A stretch of 64,000 bases of DNA from positions 172,422,001-172,486,000 of the forward strand of contig OX597815.1 of the NCBI GenBank assembly GCA_951406725.2, written 5' to 3'. Positions 15,091 to 28,285 of the stretch are shown here, in pieces. The notes below the pieces were generated by a model, which made no database searches, was not told where the DNA came from, and saw only the letters and a list, made by a program, of their open reading frames with translations. This DNA is from Octopus vulgaris (Eukaryota). Made by a program: the position numbers and the translations under genes. Position 1 is the first letter of the stretch, and each line of letters opens with the position of its first letter.

Positions 15091-15325
15091 GCTTTGGTGG
15101 CAAGCTGGCAGAAACGGTAGCACGCCGGGCAAAATGCTTAGTGGTATTTCGTCTGCCATTACATTCTGAGTTCAAATTCCGCCAAGGTTGACTTTGCCTT
15201 TCATCCTTTTGGGGTCGATAAATTAAGTACCAGTTATGCACTGGGTCGATATAATCGACTTAATCTCTTTGCCTGTCCTTGTTTGTTCCCTCAATGTTTA
15301 GCTCCTTGTAGGCAATAAAGAAATA
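15091..15325 (+). mobile_element. SINE family B with TSD
   Basis: agctggcagaaacggtagcacgccgggc head, gcctttcatccttttggggtcgataaa core; TSD tgaaatgattg(a/t)gcat. Confidence 0.88.
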
Positions 15326-15937
15326 TGAAATGATTGTGCATCATAGCTAACAATACCTATACATATCTGTATCATCTGTCTGTGCTTGAATCTTTGTATT
15401 TGTGTGTGTGTGATTACATAAAACCCATGCATATTGTGCATTTACATACATTTGTGTGCAACAAATAAATACAGTCAAGATATCTTATCAGTGTTTAAAT
15501 GTAATAAAAAAAATTTAAAGGCAGATAAACCATATTAGTCTTGGTAGAAGAACAAAAGGAAACAATACACTGGCAAGTCAAAGCATGGAGAGTATTTGTG
15601 TTACTTTCACAGATCAATGGAATAATTTTCAGGAAATAGTTAAGTCCATCCACATACAACCATTTCTTGATATTAAAAAATAATTAGTTATGGAGTTCCC
15701 TAGAACTATGTCAAAAATTGGCATCTTTCAGTTGCAATGTTCACTAGTGTTCTGTGGTAGTTATAATTCCCAAATAATTTTAAAGATAGGCTAAATGTCT
15801 TTTCTTAGAATTAGCATGTGTACATTATAGATTCTAGATCTGACCCTGCTGCACAGCATCTTAGGCAAATGTCTACTTTTGTAGCCTCATTTAAACCAAT
15901 GCCACTGAGAGTAAAAGTTGATGAACAGAAACCTGTC

Positions 15938-15970
<33 letters not shown>

Positions 15971-15988
15971 TATGTACACATACATACA

Positions 15989-16020
<32 letters not shown>

Positions 16021-16299
16021 CTATTATCACTCCTGTGCCCACATTTTACCTGCTAGTGCATTCTTTTTACAGGCAAAAAGGTGTACTCTTTATATATGCA
16101 AAAAAGTAATTAGTATAGAGAGAAAACTTAATGAAACTAAAGCATTTTTTTTAAAAAAGTTTAAACTATTTGGTATTTTATAAATTGATAAAGAGGAAGG
16201 AAGAAAATACCTGTAAAGTAGTAATAGATTAATTGAATGATGCCAATCAGAAAGCAATGCAGTAAATATAAATTGACCACATTGAGACAAAAGGGTTTG

Positions 16300-16586
16300 A
16301 TCATATTCACATTCTCAAGAAATACATTGAACACACTATGAATCTCCCCATAGATCAGGCCAGGGATGCATTTGATGCCATCATGACCAACCAAGCATCA
16401 GATGCCCAGCTTGAGCACACCATGAGTCTCCTGACAGATCACACCTAAGATATGCTTGCCATTACCATGATAAACCTAGTATCAGTTGACCAGCTTGTTG
16501 ATGCTTTTGATGTTGTGTTCAATCTTGTAATGGTGCTTGTAATCATCTTTGTCCAGTCTTTCACTATCCTTGCCACAACCAGACAT
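16300..16586 (-). pseudogene. H4: Histone H4 pseudogene, 3'-truncated, with internal 84-bp duplication
   Basis: ATG TCT GGT TGT GGC AAG... reads MSGCGKDSERLDKDDYKHHYK / NIKSINKLVN*Y*VYHGNGKHILGVICQETHGVLK / LGI*CLVGHDGIKCIPGLIYGEIHSVFNVFLENV. This is colinear with H4 [62 protein letters not shown]. It has stops, a frameshift and CpG-type Arg to Cys/His changes. Confidence 0.85.
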
Positions 16587-19569
16587 GGGGATCAGGAGGA
16601 GAAAGCTGGAAAAAAAACAAGTAGAAAAATAACAGTAACCACTCAAAACATTAGATTTTTCATTCTTTGTACCAAATGAGCTTATTAAAATTTCCTATAG
16701 TCTGAGATATCATTAAGAAGAAACAGAATGATAATAGTTGGAACCTCTCTGATGATGGTTTTACTTAGAGCTAAACAAGAACAATAATTCTGTGTGGTTA
16801 TAACAATACAATTTCTTTTAAATGCTCTTAGAATTTTTATAAATAGGAATTGAATGGAATCAATTCCCTTAAATCTTTGCTTAACCAGATAGTACTAGGG
16901 CTTAAATCTAATTATGTAGTGGACTTAGCTGATTGCATGTATAATAAAACATACTGAAAGTATGCTATGAATGATTTAAATGATTTAAAGCAATTGCTGA
17001 AAAACAATGTTATACATACATCAGAGTTCACTCCCAATAAGCCACTATTTATCTTTCCTCAGTCGCACACGTTGACACCCTATGATTCTCAGAAGCATTT
17101 ACCCAAAGGATTTTCCTCATATCAAACTACTACAGGAAAAGTTGCAAATGTCAACAAACATTAATATATTTTTGAATGGATTAAAAGAAGAAATACAGCA
17201 AATGGAATATTATCTTTTAGGGACATCACCCAAAACTGAAATAAAGAAACTAAAAGTAAAGAAGACAAAATATAATAAAACTTACTTTGACTCAGATAAC
17301 ACATTTTTCCCTACTTTGCTGAAAAATATATTCGTAACAGTAGAGTTTTAAATAGTTTGTTTTTTTTGTTTTGTTTTTATTCAGTTAATAAAAGAAACCC
17401 AATATGACTAAAATGTCTTACAATTTGTTTCAACTATAAACAGTAAAGTTCTGAAATGTTAACTTAGCAATTTACTCTTTTACAATTATTTTGTATTCTC
17501 ATCTCTGAAAACCTTGAATGTTTCATTTAAAACATTTTCTTATCAAAACTGGGTGGAAATTAACTTTTCGCTTTGTGATCAGAGTAAAAAAATTTCTGCT
17601 CTAGTACAATACATTTATCATTGTTCTTGAAGTGAACAAAATTCTATATTCACAAATTCAGAACATGTTTGTCTTTTGTCATACTATAAAGTCTTTGTTA
17701 ATGATTTGTGATTTTTTTTTTTTCATGATCTCAACCACTTTAAGTCATGTTACTTCAGTTAAGTATAACGATTCATGTAAAATAAGAGTAGAAGAATTTT
17801 TACTGATTATATTGAATCATACTATTCCAAAAGTGAGCTTTAAACTCACATCCACAATGTCTCTTTCAGTCAACCTATTTATGAATACTTCACTTGCAAA
17901 AGCTGTTTTTTAATACATCTAAAATCTTAGAATTTAAAAGACTAGCAAAACAGACATTTCCTTGTATTTAAAAATGTATAAAGTTCAGTGGGGGTGGTAT
18001 TTTTCTATTTCTTATGGCATTGTGACAAAACATTTCCTGTCAGTTGTTGGTTTATATCACCTCATTTTCTTATTCTTTTGAAGTCCTAAATTTTTATCAA
18101 AGGCTAACTGCTTAGGAAATAGCAGGATTTAAATTTGTTTAATATACTTAATTGTTGAACAAGATTAATGAATCAAATGAAAAGATATAACAAAGTTTTC
18201 AGGAAATCACAGCCCTAAAAATGATACATTTAAATTTAGAATGGTTATATAAAGTGAATTAAATAAGTACTTCCTGTAGTTGTAAATTCGAAAAAAAATT
18301 ATTCTTTGAAGATGAATAACAGCAATAATAATAGTTTTATTCTTTCTTCTACTGAGTTGCATAAATTGTATGATAATCAAATTATAAATTTAGTCTAATG
18401 GTTGGAAAAAGACTAAGCTATCATATATCTGAAACCTAAGACCAAATTTAGCATTGATTTTTAAGTAGTTATTGATTCATTTCATGATATTCTATAAAAG
18501 AATAGTATTGACGAATAATAGATAAGAAAATTTGATAGGGATGTAGTTACTTTTACCACTTTTACATACACAATTCTATTTTTAAAATAATGTTATTTGC
18601 AGACATTGTCGTTAAACATTTTTATAACAAGATGTTGTTTCTGTTATGTAACTGTAGTACTTGCTTTCAATTTGGGATACAATTCCATGTTAAAAATAAT
18701 GTCATGTACAGGCATCATTGGTAAACATTTTTATAGCCAGATGTTGTTATTCTCATTTGACTACAGCACATGCCTTCTATTTGTGATTGTATAAAAACTA
18801 TGTTTCTTACTATCATACAATAATTATAAAGGGGTTTGAAATTCTATCATTTATAGGCTAATCTTTTTCTATCCTTTTTTTTTATACTAATCTACATGAC
18901 TTTCTTTGGAGATTAATTTTAATTAATTAAAATTTTGCCTTCTTGAAGTAAAAATATTTTATTTTGATTTCATTATCAGAATAAAACAATGATATTTGAT
19001 AGAATTTAGAAATATTATTTGATAGCCTAAAATTATTTTAAACAATGATTTTTAAGTATTCCCAAATATCCCTTCTCAAGCTTCTTACTTGATACACCCC
19101 TTGTAACAAAATTTAAATTCCATTCACCTCTGGACAAATTAATTAGCAAACCATAAATATAAATGCACCTTTAATGCATGAATAATTTTCTAATGGGAAA
19201 GCCATGACGGGTTCAGTGTGGATGGAGAAAATTACAAATATTAGGTTGTAAATTTGTGAATTTGAGCTACAAAGCACCTATTGTTCTTGTGTCCATGTCC
19301 AAAGTGCTTCTGTGTTTGTTTAGTAAATAATGCATATGGCTAAATGCTGATTCCACCATAAACTAACTTGGGAACACTAGTAAAATGAGTTCAACAGTTG
19401 CACAAATCTTGGGATATTTTGCAAGTTTTTTTTATTTATCCAGTAATATTCAATTCCATTAGGTATAAACATAAACTTCACTTCAAAGTCAAAAGTCATT
19501 TCAATAAATTCTTCTTTAAAAAATGTGTCTAAATTTTCACTTTCCACACCCACTTCAAATTGAGAAATA

Positions 19570-20540
19570 ATATTCAGGAGTTTCCATGTTTAGAAGATGC
19601 TTGAATTGAGCTTTCAGGATAAAATAAGTAAAATTATTTATTTATCCTCTGACCATGTTAACCCTTTAGTATTTAATCTGGCCACATCACATCCAAATAT
19701 TCTACCTGTTTTATGTTCTAAAAAGCTAGATCCAGCTCCTTACACTTACCCTACAATGTCATCCTTAAAATAAACAACCACATCATCAAAATCTCAATGC
19801 TACAAGATAATGCATGATTAATTCAGAACAATGTGTATAAAGCATTATATTTGATAGAGTAATCTGAATGCTGAATGGTTAAATAAACTCAAGGTTGACG
19901 CTCTTATAATGAGAAAACAATGATGATCAACATTTGAGTGACTCTGATGTGCTGTTTTTAGTTACAGTGATGACAATTCAACCACTACAATTACTGTTCT
20001 TTTTTCCAGCATCACAGCCACATAATCATATTTGACCACCTGTTATGATACTTCAGAAAACCTTAATTATAATTCACACAATCAAACAGTTTTTTAATAA
20101 CTGATTCAGACCTCCTTTTGTTCACAGATTTTGTGACAACACAATGTATCATCAATCATTCTTCAAACCATGTGGCACAAACTTTATAGATGTCTACTGC
20201 AATGCAAATTTCATTGACAGTAAGGTGACAATTTTCATGGAATACAATATGCAGTTTTACAATGTGATGCTCACCCATATTTGGGATCTCCTTTAGTGAA
20301 TGTTCTTTCCAATTTGAAATGCTGGTACCATGTGAGACATAACACATGACTCAAAAAAAAAAATCCTTTCTAGGCCTGAAGCAACACTAGAAATATTTCT
20401 GCAAATGGTTTCTCCATCAGAAAGATGATTTCACAAAAATGCACTGTTGTCAAATATTTCCTTGCTCAACTTGTGACAACTCACCAAATACATTACATAT
20501 ACACTCACTCTTGTAGATGTAGATCAGTGTCTAACTAATG
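19570..20540 (-). mobile_element. Old mariner transposase relic interrupted by a TTAA MITE
   Basis: Fragmentary translations ENCHLTVNEI, FLK.IITGGQI.LCGCDA (compare IITGDETW..YD) and AHQSHSNV..IIVFSHYKSV; resumes after the MITE with GQ. Confidence 0.6.
19658..19882. mobile_element. piggyBac-like TTAA MITE, copy 1 of 4
   Basis: TTAA-ccctttag...ctgaatgg-TTAA; the same ~220-bp body occurs at 23939, 40509 and 48461. Confidence 0.8.
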
Positions 20541-21511
20541 TTGTGTGATTTGGCTATTATAATACTAAGCAGCAAGGTAACAGTACTTGTATATCAGTTG
20601 TGAACATGATGCTCTATTTGGTTAATGCACTGTTTTAAAAGTCTGTTCTCTTTTTGGGACAGAGCTTATACTGTCTCATTACCAATCCTGGCTTCTATTT
20701 GCAATAGAGTACCGTTTACTTTCTTACAGAGCACAACACAATATCAGCAGCAATATTTGAGCTTAACTTCAAACTTGTTTTTCGATAATCCAATGTCCAA
20801 ACTTTAAAAAAAATCATTTAAAATACTGTCAGTCAAAAAATTCTAGAAAAGTTGAAATGTTCTTGATTTTGAAATTATACTAAGCACTTGAAATAAATAT
20901 TTTCCAAGAAAAATAAATACTGGGAAAAGGAACTGAAAAAATATCTCAATTTTCATGGTAAAGATAACATTTTTGGTGAAAACTTTATGGGGAATATTTT
21001 CAATGAAACATATATGTGAAATTAAGCTACACTTGGAACTATTGCTGAATCATTATTAGCTTGGGAATATTATAAGAGTTCAGATACTTAAGAATCTAAA
21101 CTATTGAGTGGTGTTTTGCATAATTCTTTTCCTTCAACAGTTCGTATTTGCATTCATTCACAACTCATTTTTAATTTTAGTTAAAATTCTTTTGGAAAGA
21201 AATATAAACACTATCTAAATATTCAGTTTCCAACATTCTAGCTAAATGTATCCCTTTTCCTCTTTCTTCTGTCCCTTTTATTCCCTCCTCTCAGTATCTG
21301 CTTTGAAGTATTCTAAAAGGGTGGGATCTTAACTATTGAGTTTCCATTGAGAATGTATAATTCCAGAACACAAATCCTAAAATAAATACTTTATATAAAA
21401 AAAAGAAAAATGTACACTTATGTAAATTTTGTTTTGTACATGTTGAATATATGCTAAAAACTAAGTGTAGAATTGAGAAGTTTTCTAACAATATATCGTT
21501 TTAATTTTCAG

Positions 21512-21648
21512 GATGCATCTATCAGCCCAAATAGTCTTGCAGATGTCTTGTATATTCCACTAAACCAGGCACCAATCACATCTCTTCTTATCTGGGAAGA
21601 CACCTTGTGGTGTGCCTCAGCCAACAGAGTTTTTATCCTATCTGCTTT
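21512..21648 (+). CDS. Gene A exon
   Basis: Acceptor ttaattttcag, donor gtatgg; DASISPNSLADVLYIPLNQAPITSLLIWEDTLWCASANRVFILSA(L); resembles the ARHGEF10/JIP3-type blade P-x-x-SLL-x-x-EDTLW-x-AS; phase 0 to 2. Confidence 0.9.
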
Positions 21649-23156
21649 GTATGGAAAATTTGTCATATTTATATATTAACTTTTAAATCATGTTCCAGTA
21701 CACACATGCATCAGTAATTAAATCCTCACATTTTAAGAGGGATTAAGAAGGCTATGGGTACTATTCCTAGTCCTAAACTAAAACTACACAAACATACATA
21801 CACAATTCATGAAGCTACACACACACACATACACTTTGACTTGCACATATACTTGCACATATACATGCATTTAACTGACAACTTTTTGCTCACTTATTTT
21901 TGGATAACCAGAAACAAATGGCATTTTCTCTTTTGGACTTGCAGTCTGAGCTGTATATGTTCCTAATCCTTATATTCTGATTCAATGGGAACCTCCACAT
22001 GGTCACTGAACAAATCTTCCTTACATTACACTCTATGGTCTTAAGAAAAAATACACTCAATAATGTAGTCTTATATATTCCTAAAAAGATATGATAGTCA
22101 TAGCTAGAATAATAGGACAATGCAATCAAGATAGTTCTAGCAACAGCTTACATCTTATGTAGAAATACTCTTTTTTTCTTGTTCTTTTTTTTTTCTATTA
22201 CACACCTTCAGGCTGAAATGACTTCAGCTTTAATTACCTGTCCCAAATCTATGTTCTGAAAGAAGATGACTGTGTAATGAGATATGTATGTCTTTTTTTA
22301 TATATAACAATACAAACAGGTTTGATGCTAAATGTTTAAGTGCCAAAGCACAAAACTCCCAACCCTTGAATTACTCTATAACTTCTGCTGACTAAATAAA
22401 AATAAATAGCAAAGGTATTGAATTTAAAATTAAGGAATTATAAGGGGAAAGATGCATAGAATTCACATATTTCTTTCTTTCTTTTTTTTATTGATTACTT
22501 ATAGTAAAGTTCTTAAAATTTCTAAAATATCGATAAAGATGCTTTCTCTTAGTTTACTGCTTAGAGTCACAGCTGGCAGAATCATTAGCACGTCACTTAG
22601 CAGCATGTGGTCTGTCTTTATGTTCTGAGTTCAAATTCTACTGAGGTCAACTTTGCCTTCCATCCTTTCAGGGCTGATAAAATAAGTACCAGTTGAACAC
22701 TGAGGTGGATGTTATTGACTACCCCACTCCTTGAACTTGCTGACCTTGTACTAAAATTATTATCATTATTATTATTATTATTATCATCATTATTATTATC
22801 ATCATCATCATCATCATTATTATTATTGACTGTTGGAAAAGAAAAATTCCTAACATTGGGCTACAACAAATAACCTTAGATGTCAAAAAACCTTGTAAGC
22901 ATCCTAGCTGTACCTAATAATACTGTTTTGTGGAGCTGCTCTAAACTAGGTGTTATGCCTATTTCCTCATCTGTTCAAATCTTTAGGGATAGTTCCTAAT
23001 GCACCTACAACTACAGAGATATTATTATTATTATTATTATTTATAGTGAGATGAAGAGGATAATAATTTCAGTCATGGGAAGTAAGGACATCATATCATT
23101 TGAGAGAGACTTAAACTAATGTTTAGGCATCAAGGAAAATATTTATCTTTTTACAT

Positions 23157-23488
23157 GAGGCACAGGTGTGGCTGTGTAATAAGAAGTATTTTTCCCAGCT
23201 ACATGGTTCTGGATTTGGTCCAACTGTGTGGCACTTTGTGAAAGTGTCTTCTATAATCTCAAGCCAACCAAAGCCTTGTGGGTTTAGTAAATGGTAACTG
23301 AAAGAAGCCCATCATATATCATCATCATCATTTAACGTCCGTCTTCCATGCTGGCATGGGTTGGATGGTTTGATAGGAGCTGGCCAGATAGAAGACTACA
23401 CTACACTATTGTGTCTGTTTTGGTATGGTTTTTACAGCTGGATGCCCTTCCTAATACCAGCCACTCCATAGAGTGAACTGAGTGCTTT

Positions 23489-23520
<32 letters not shown>

Positions 23521-23735
23521 CTTTGTGTCTGTGTTTGTCCCCACAACTGCTTGACAACCAGTGTTGGTGTGTTTACGCCCCTGTAACTTGGTGGTTTGGC
23601 AAAAGTTATCAATATAAGTATCAAAATTAAAATATAAGTACTGGGGTCGATTTGATCAACTAAAATCCTTCAAGGCGAAGCCCCAGCATGACACAGTCTA
23701 ATGACTGAAACTAGTAAAGGATAAAGAAATAAAAG
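23157..23735 (+). mobile_element. SINE family A with a nested family C fragment
   Basis: Head at 23157, antisense insertion 23318-23495 inside the internal microsatellite, tail to 23735. Confidence 0.8.
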
Positions 23736-23938
23736 ACATCTTATTTAAATAAGGTGAAATGAAATTTAACAAAGCATTGATTTGATATAATGTCGAACTT
23801 TCTGAAACCTCATTTCAGAAAGTTTATTACTATTTTTGAAAAGTTAAAAACAATTCTTTAATAAGTACCCTGCATGTCTGAGACACAGAGAGAAAAGCCA
23901 ATAATATGCTAAGACTTTTCAATGAATTGAAAATCTGA

Positions 23939-24166
23939 TTAACTCTTTAGCATTTAAACTGACCATATCCAACTAAAATATTCTGCCTCTTTTATGTTCA
24001 AAGTGACCAGATCCAACATCTCATACCTACACTACAATGTCATTCTAAAAATAAACAATCACATCATCAAAATCTTGAAGCCACAAGATAATGCTTGATT
24101 AATTCAAAACAATGTGAATAAATAAGCAGTACATTTGACAAAGCAATTTGAATGCTAAAGGGTTAA
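23939..24166. mobile_element. piggyBac-like TTAA MITE, copy 2
   Basis: TTAA-ctctttagcattt...aatgctaaaggg-TTAA. Confidence 0.8.
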
Positions 24167-24249
24167 TATTCCATTATTGATAAAATATTCTAATCTTAGT
24201 GAAAGCTCTTAACTATTAATGACACAGTCTATCTTAGTTTAGATAGTTA

Positions 24250-24250
<1 letters not shown>

Positions 24251-24282
<32 letters not shown>

Positions 24283-24745
24283 GTTTAATGTCTGCTTTCC
24301 ATGCTAGCATGGGTTGGACGATTTGACTGAGGACTGGTGAATCAGATGGCTGCACCAGGCTCCAATCAGATCTGGCAGAGTTTCTACAGCTGGATGCCCT
24401 TCCTAATGCCAACCACTCCGAGAGTGTAGTGGGTGCTTTTACATGCCACCGGCACAAGGGCCAGTCAGGCGGTACTGGCAACAGCCATGCTCAAATGGTG
24501 CTTTTTATGTGCCACCTGCACAGGAGCCAGTCCAGCGGCACTGGCAACGACCTTGCTCGAATGTTTTTCACATGCCACCAGCAGAAGTGCCAGTAAGGTA
24601 ACACTGGTAACGATCATGCTCGAATGGTGCTTTTTATGTGCCACCGGCACAGAGGCCAGCTTGTTGCTCTGGCAACGATCACACTTGTTTGGTACTCTTA
24701 GCGCTCCACTAGCACAGATGCCAATCATCAAATTTGATTTGTTGG
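24251..24745 (-). mobile_element. Family C: RTE-tail-related element with ~65-bp tandem array
   Basis: tggttggcattaggaagggcatccagctgtagaaa...ttaaacgatgatgat tail shared with the RTE at 34225; related copies at 12345-12860, 49265-49640, 54405-54800 (+) and 14790-15060 (+). Confidence 0.8.
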
Positions 24746-25455
24746 AGAAAGGAAAAGTTTCCTGTTGAAAGTATTAGATATCCTATATAATTAACAGTGA
24801 AGGTACATAGTCTAGTGGTTAGAATGTTGAGCTCATGGTTTGGTTTTCTGGACCAGGTAGCACATTGTATCTGGAGCAAGGTACTTAATTTCACATTGCT
24901 TCAGCCCTTCCAGCCTTAAATGACTATCACAGTAGTGCTTATGTGGTTTTCTCTCCCTCTAGTTGTTACATTCATGGCGTTTCACTAAGTTAAGTTAGGT
25001 AAGCCAAGAGGATATCTGTGTCTATGTCTGCTTGAAGCTGAAGAGGAACCTAAAATAAATAGCATTACATTGCTAAAAGCTACTAGACCACACACACTTG
25101 CAATTATAATTGACAAATATTTTTGTAAACTTGCAATTTTAAGCTAAACCCTGCCATGAAATTGGATAAATCAACAGAGAAACATTCCACTATAATTTTC
25201 TGTTGAATCACTGAGATACAAAGTTTTTAGAAGTAAATTAAGGGTTTATAAGTCATTAATAATACTTTAATATATAGATCCTTAATCTAGAAATATAATT
25301 TAGAAAGAGATTCTAGATATATTTAATATCATTAGCATTCCACACAGTTTCAAACATTTTATCCTTAAAGCCAGGAATTAACTTGAAAATGATAATGAAT
25401 ATAAAATGATCGTAAAACACATTCATTTTTAGTGATAATTAGAATTCTATTGCAG

Positions 25456-25648
25456 GACACTGGACTCCATATCTTCCTTTCAACTGTCTGACAATCCATA
25501 TGAAATAGTTTTATCGATGAAACCATGTGAACATGGAGTATGGATTAGCTTAAAAGGATCTTCTGTTACTGAAATATGGGATCCAGATTTGTTGACTTGT
25601 AAAATGAAGTATGATATCAGAAATGGATGGATTCCTATTCCAAAAGAG
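25456..25648 (+). CDS. Gene A exon
   Basis: Acceptor ctattgcag, donor gtacaa; TLDSISSFQLSDNPYEIVLSMKPCEHGVWISLKGSSVTEIWDPDLLTCKMKYDIRNGWIPIPKE; GVWISL blade motif; phase 2 to 0. Confidence 0.9.
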
Positions 25649-26279
25649 GTACAAATTTACCTATTGTATATGATTAGAATTTTATTTCAGGACACTGAGT
25701 TCTATATCTGCCTTTCAAATGTCCAATGATTTATGTAAAATACTTTTATTAACGAAATCATGTGAATAGCTTCAAAACATCTGTCGCTGAAATACGGGAT
25801 CCAGAATCAAGAAACGAATCCTAAATTTATACTCACAACAGAAATTATGTTATGGTTTCGACACTACAAACTGCAGTCTTTTTCACTGCTGGAAATATGT
25901 ATCAGCTAAGCAGTAGTTTTTAGGTGCTTGATTCGTTCAAGGAAATACCTTATTTTAGAGTTGAATTCTCATTACTAACCACTCAACAATATCAAAAAAA
26001 TCATTTCATGTGTATGTGTTGCACCACAACTCATCTAGCACTGTTATTTATTTTCTTAATTTTTACAACCTATTATTAATATATTTCATACGTTGGTGCA
26101 ATATGCATACAGTTATTCTAATAAGAAATTTAAAAGTTATTGGTATATTCTTATTCATTGGTAGTATTCAAACTAAAAGTATGATCTAAGAAACACTATT
26201 AATCTATAATTTAAATCGTTATACTGAGATTGCTTACTAATATTTACCTCTCTCTCTCTCTCTCTCTGTCTCTCTCTAG

Positions 26280-28285
26280 GATGATGAAAAACTAAATGAA
26301 CAAAGGGTTACTTGCTTTTTACCTCATGATAATATGCTCTGGATTGGTGTAGGAGATGGTAACTTATCCATCTATGAGATCTTTTCACCACCAGCTGTTA
26401 TGAAAGAGCTTGCATCAGCTGATGACTACAAGAAAAACCTAATGGAGAACAATGAGCTATTTCTTGAAAATGATATCCCTTGTATATTAGCTTCCTGTAA
26501 TGATGACACACTGTCTAATGAAACATTAATGGAAGACGAGCAGAACAATAATAAAGAAACATTATGGCAGCTAAACCAAGAGAATACAGAATTATGTTCT
26601 AATAAACAGAAACCAATATCTGATTTCAATAACAAAGCCAATGAGTTATTTCATGAGGACATGACAAGAACAACTGCTTACAACTCAAAAGTAAATGATC
26701 ATTCCTTGATTGAAAAGTTGGAGATTAGCTCTAAAAACATTCTTCCAGATGTCATTGATAATGTAACCAATCGACAATCTGCAGAAGGAATAGATTTATT
26801 AGATTCTACAATTTGTCATGTTATACCTGAACAAAATCCTTCCAGTAACAATTTCTCTCATTTAAATGAAACAGTTATAAAACAAGACAAGCAGGCCATT
26901 CTGGAATTGCAGCCCTCTTTAAGTGAGCAGCAAACAGAAAGCGGTGAAATATATCTCAATAATCTTGATGAATCACTAAAAGAAATTAAGGCATGTCCGT
27001 TGGAAGATTCTCCATCAGAGCTAATTACTGATCTTAAAACAATAGAACTTTCCAAAATAAATGAGCAACATTATTCTCAAAATTTATCACATACTAACTC
27101 TCCACAACGTTTCTTAAATACTAACAAAAATAACAATGAAATATTGTTAAAATCTGAAGAAACAATGTATGATAAAGCTGAAATTTGTTTGTTAAATGGC
27201 AACAAAAGTAAAGAATTACCAAAACAATTTACAATTAAACCTGAGTTCTGTGATCAAAACATTAATGGAATCCAAAACACGAAGACACAGCATAACAATA
27301 ACGAGGCAAGCTTATCTAATTTAAACAAAGAGCAGTGTCAAGAAAGAGAAAGTAGTGTCAATGGCGTTTCCTCAGGAAAGGCATTCTACAATCCAACAAG
27401 GGTTTTAAATAATAAACAAGAGGTATCACCAAGCACATGGTCCAAAGTACAGAAAAAATGTTCAGAAAATAATTTACCTTCAACAAATAAATTAGAAAAA
27501 CTGATGAAAACAAAGTGTGAGAATGGCAATGAAGAAACCCACTTTAAGGAGAATAAAGAAAATGGAAAATCTCAAAGTAGAAATGCTATTATTGAAAGAC
27601 AGAATTCCTTCAGTAATCAAATGAACCAAGATTCCTCATCAAACTATAATTGCAGATGTGACTCAAACAGCAATAAATTAATGTATATCAATCAGCAACC
27701 AAAAGAAATTGCTCCCTATTCAAGTAACTTATCAAAATATGACCAACTTAAAGAAGGAAATTATTTTAGTAATAGAATAATTGATAATGAAAATTTGGTC
27801 AAACAAATACCATCAGCAGATGTTTTGATGACACAGAAAATGGAGTCTGATCATATTTCAGTTAAGTTTATTCCAAGCATGACTAATAAGATACATTTCT
27901 TAAATGAAAAAGAGCCACCAAAGACTGATCAGTCGAAAGCATCCCTTCATGACTACCATGAATCAAAGTATCGATTGGAATTTTCTGAGTACGACGTTAA
28001 ACAGACTAAAGAAATTTTGGATCGAAAACTATCATTTTCCAGCAATATCAGTGACCTTTCATCTACATGTGCAACAGAACTTGCTTCAAATAGTTTTGAG
28101 GCATGTAGTTTGTCAACGATTGATGGAGAAGACTTCAAGTTTTATAACAGAAAACTCGGCAGTTTCAACACTCCAAATTCAACATCATCTCCTAGTATTT
28201 TAGACATCTCAGACTCACTTTATTTAAATCTTATTGCTAGACTAAAGATATCAGAGAAACCAGTGGCTTGCCTTCTGGAGGCTAA
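26280..28285 (+). CDS. Gene A giant exon (2006 nt): propeller blade, ~600-aa N/K/E/S-rich insert, start of next blade
   Basis: (ct)n-tag acceptor, AA|gtaagt donor; open frame DDEKLNEQRVTCFLPHDNMLWIGVGDGNLSIYEI...LNLIARLKISEKPVACLLEA(K); contains nearly all of ORF 26334..28289; phase 0 to 2. Confidence 0.92.

Noticed and set aside
16967-17351. Two overlapping plus ORFs and an acceptor at ~17062 (possible alternative last exon of gene A)
   Set aside because: No homology recognised, and exons 13984-14101 and 21512-21648 already join seamlessly
24432-24727. CRISPR-like periodic array
   Set aside because: Eukaryotic context, whole units are homologous (no unique spacers), no cas genes; it is part of a retroelement tail
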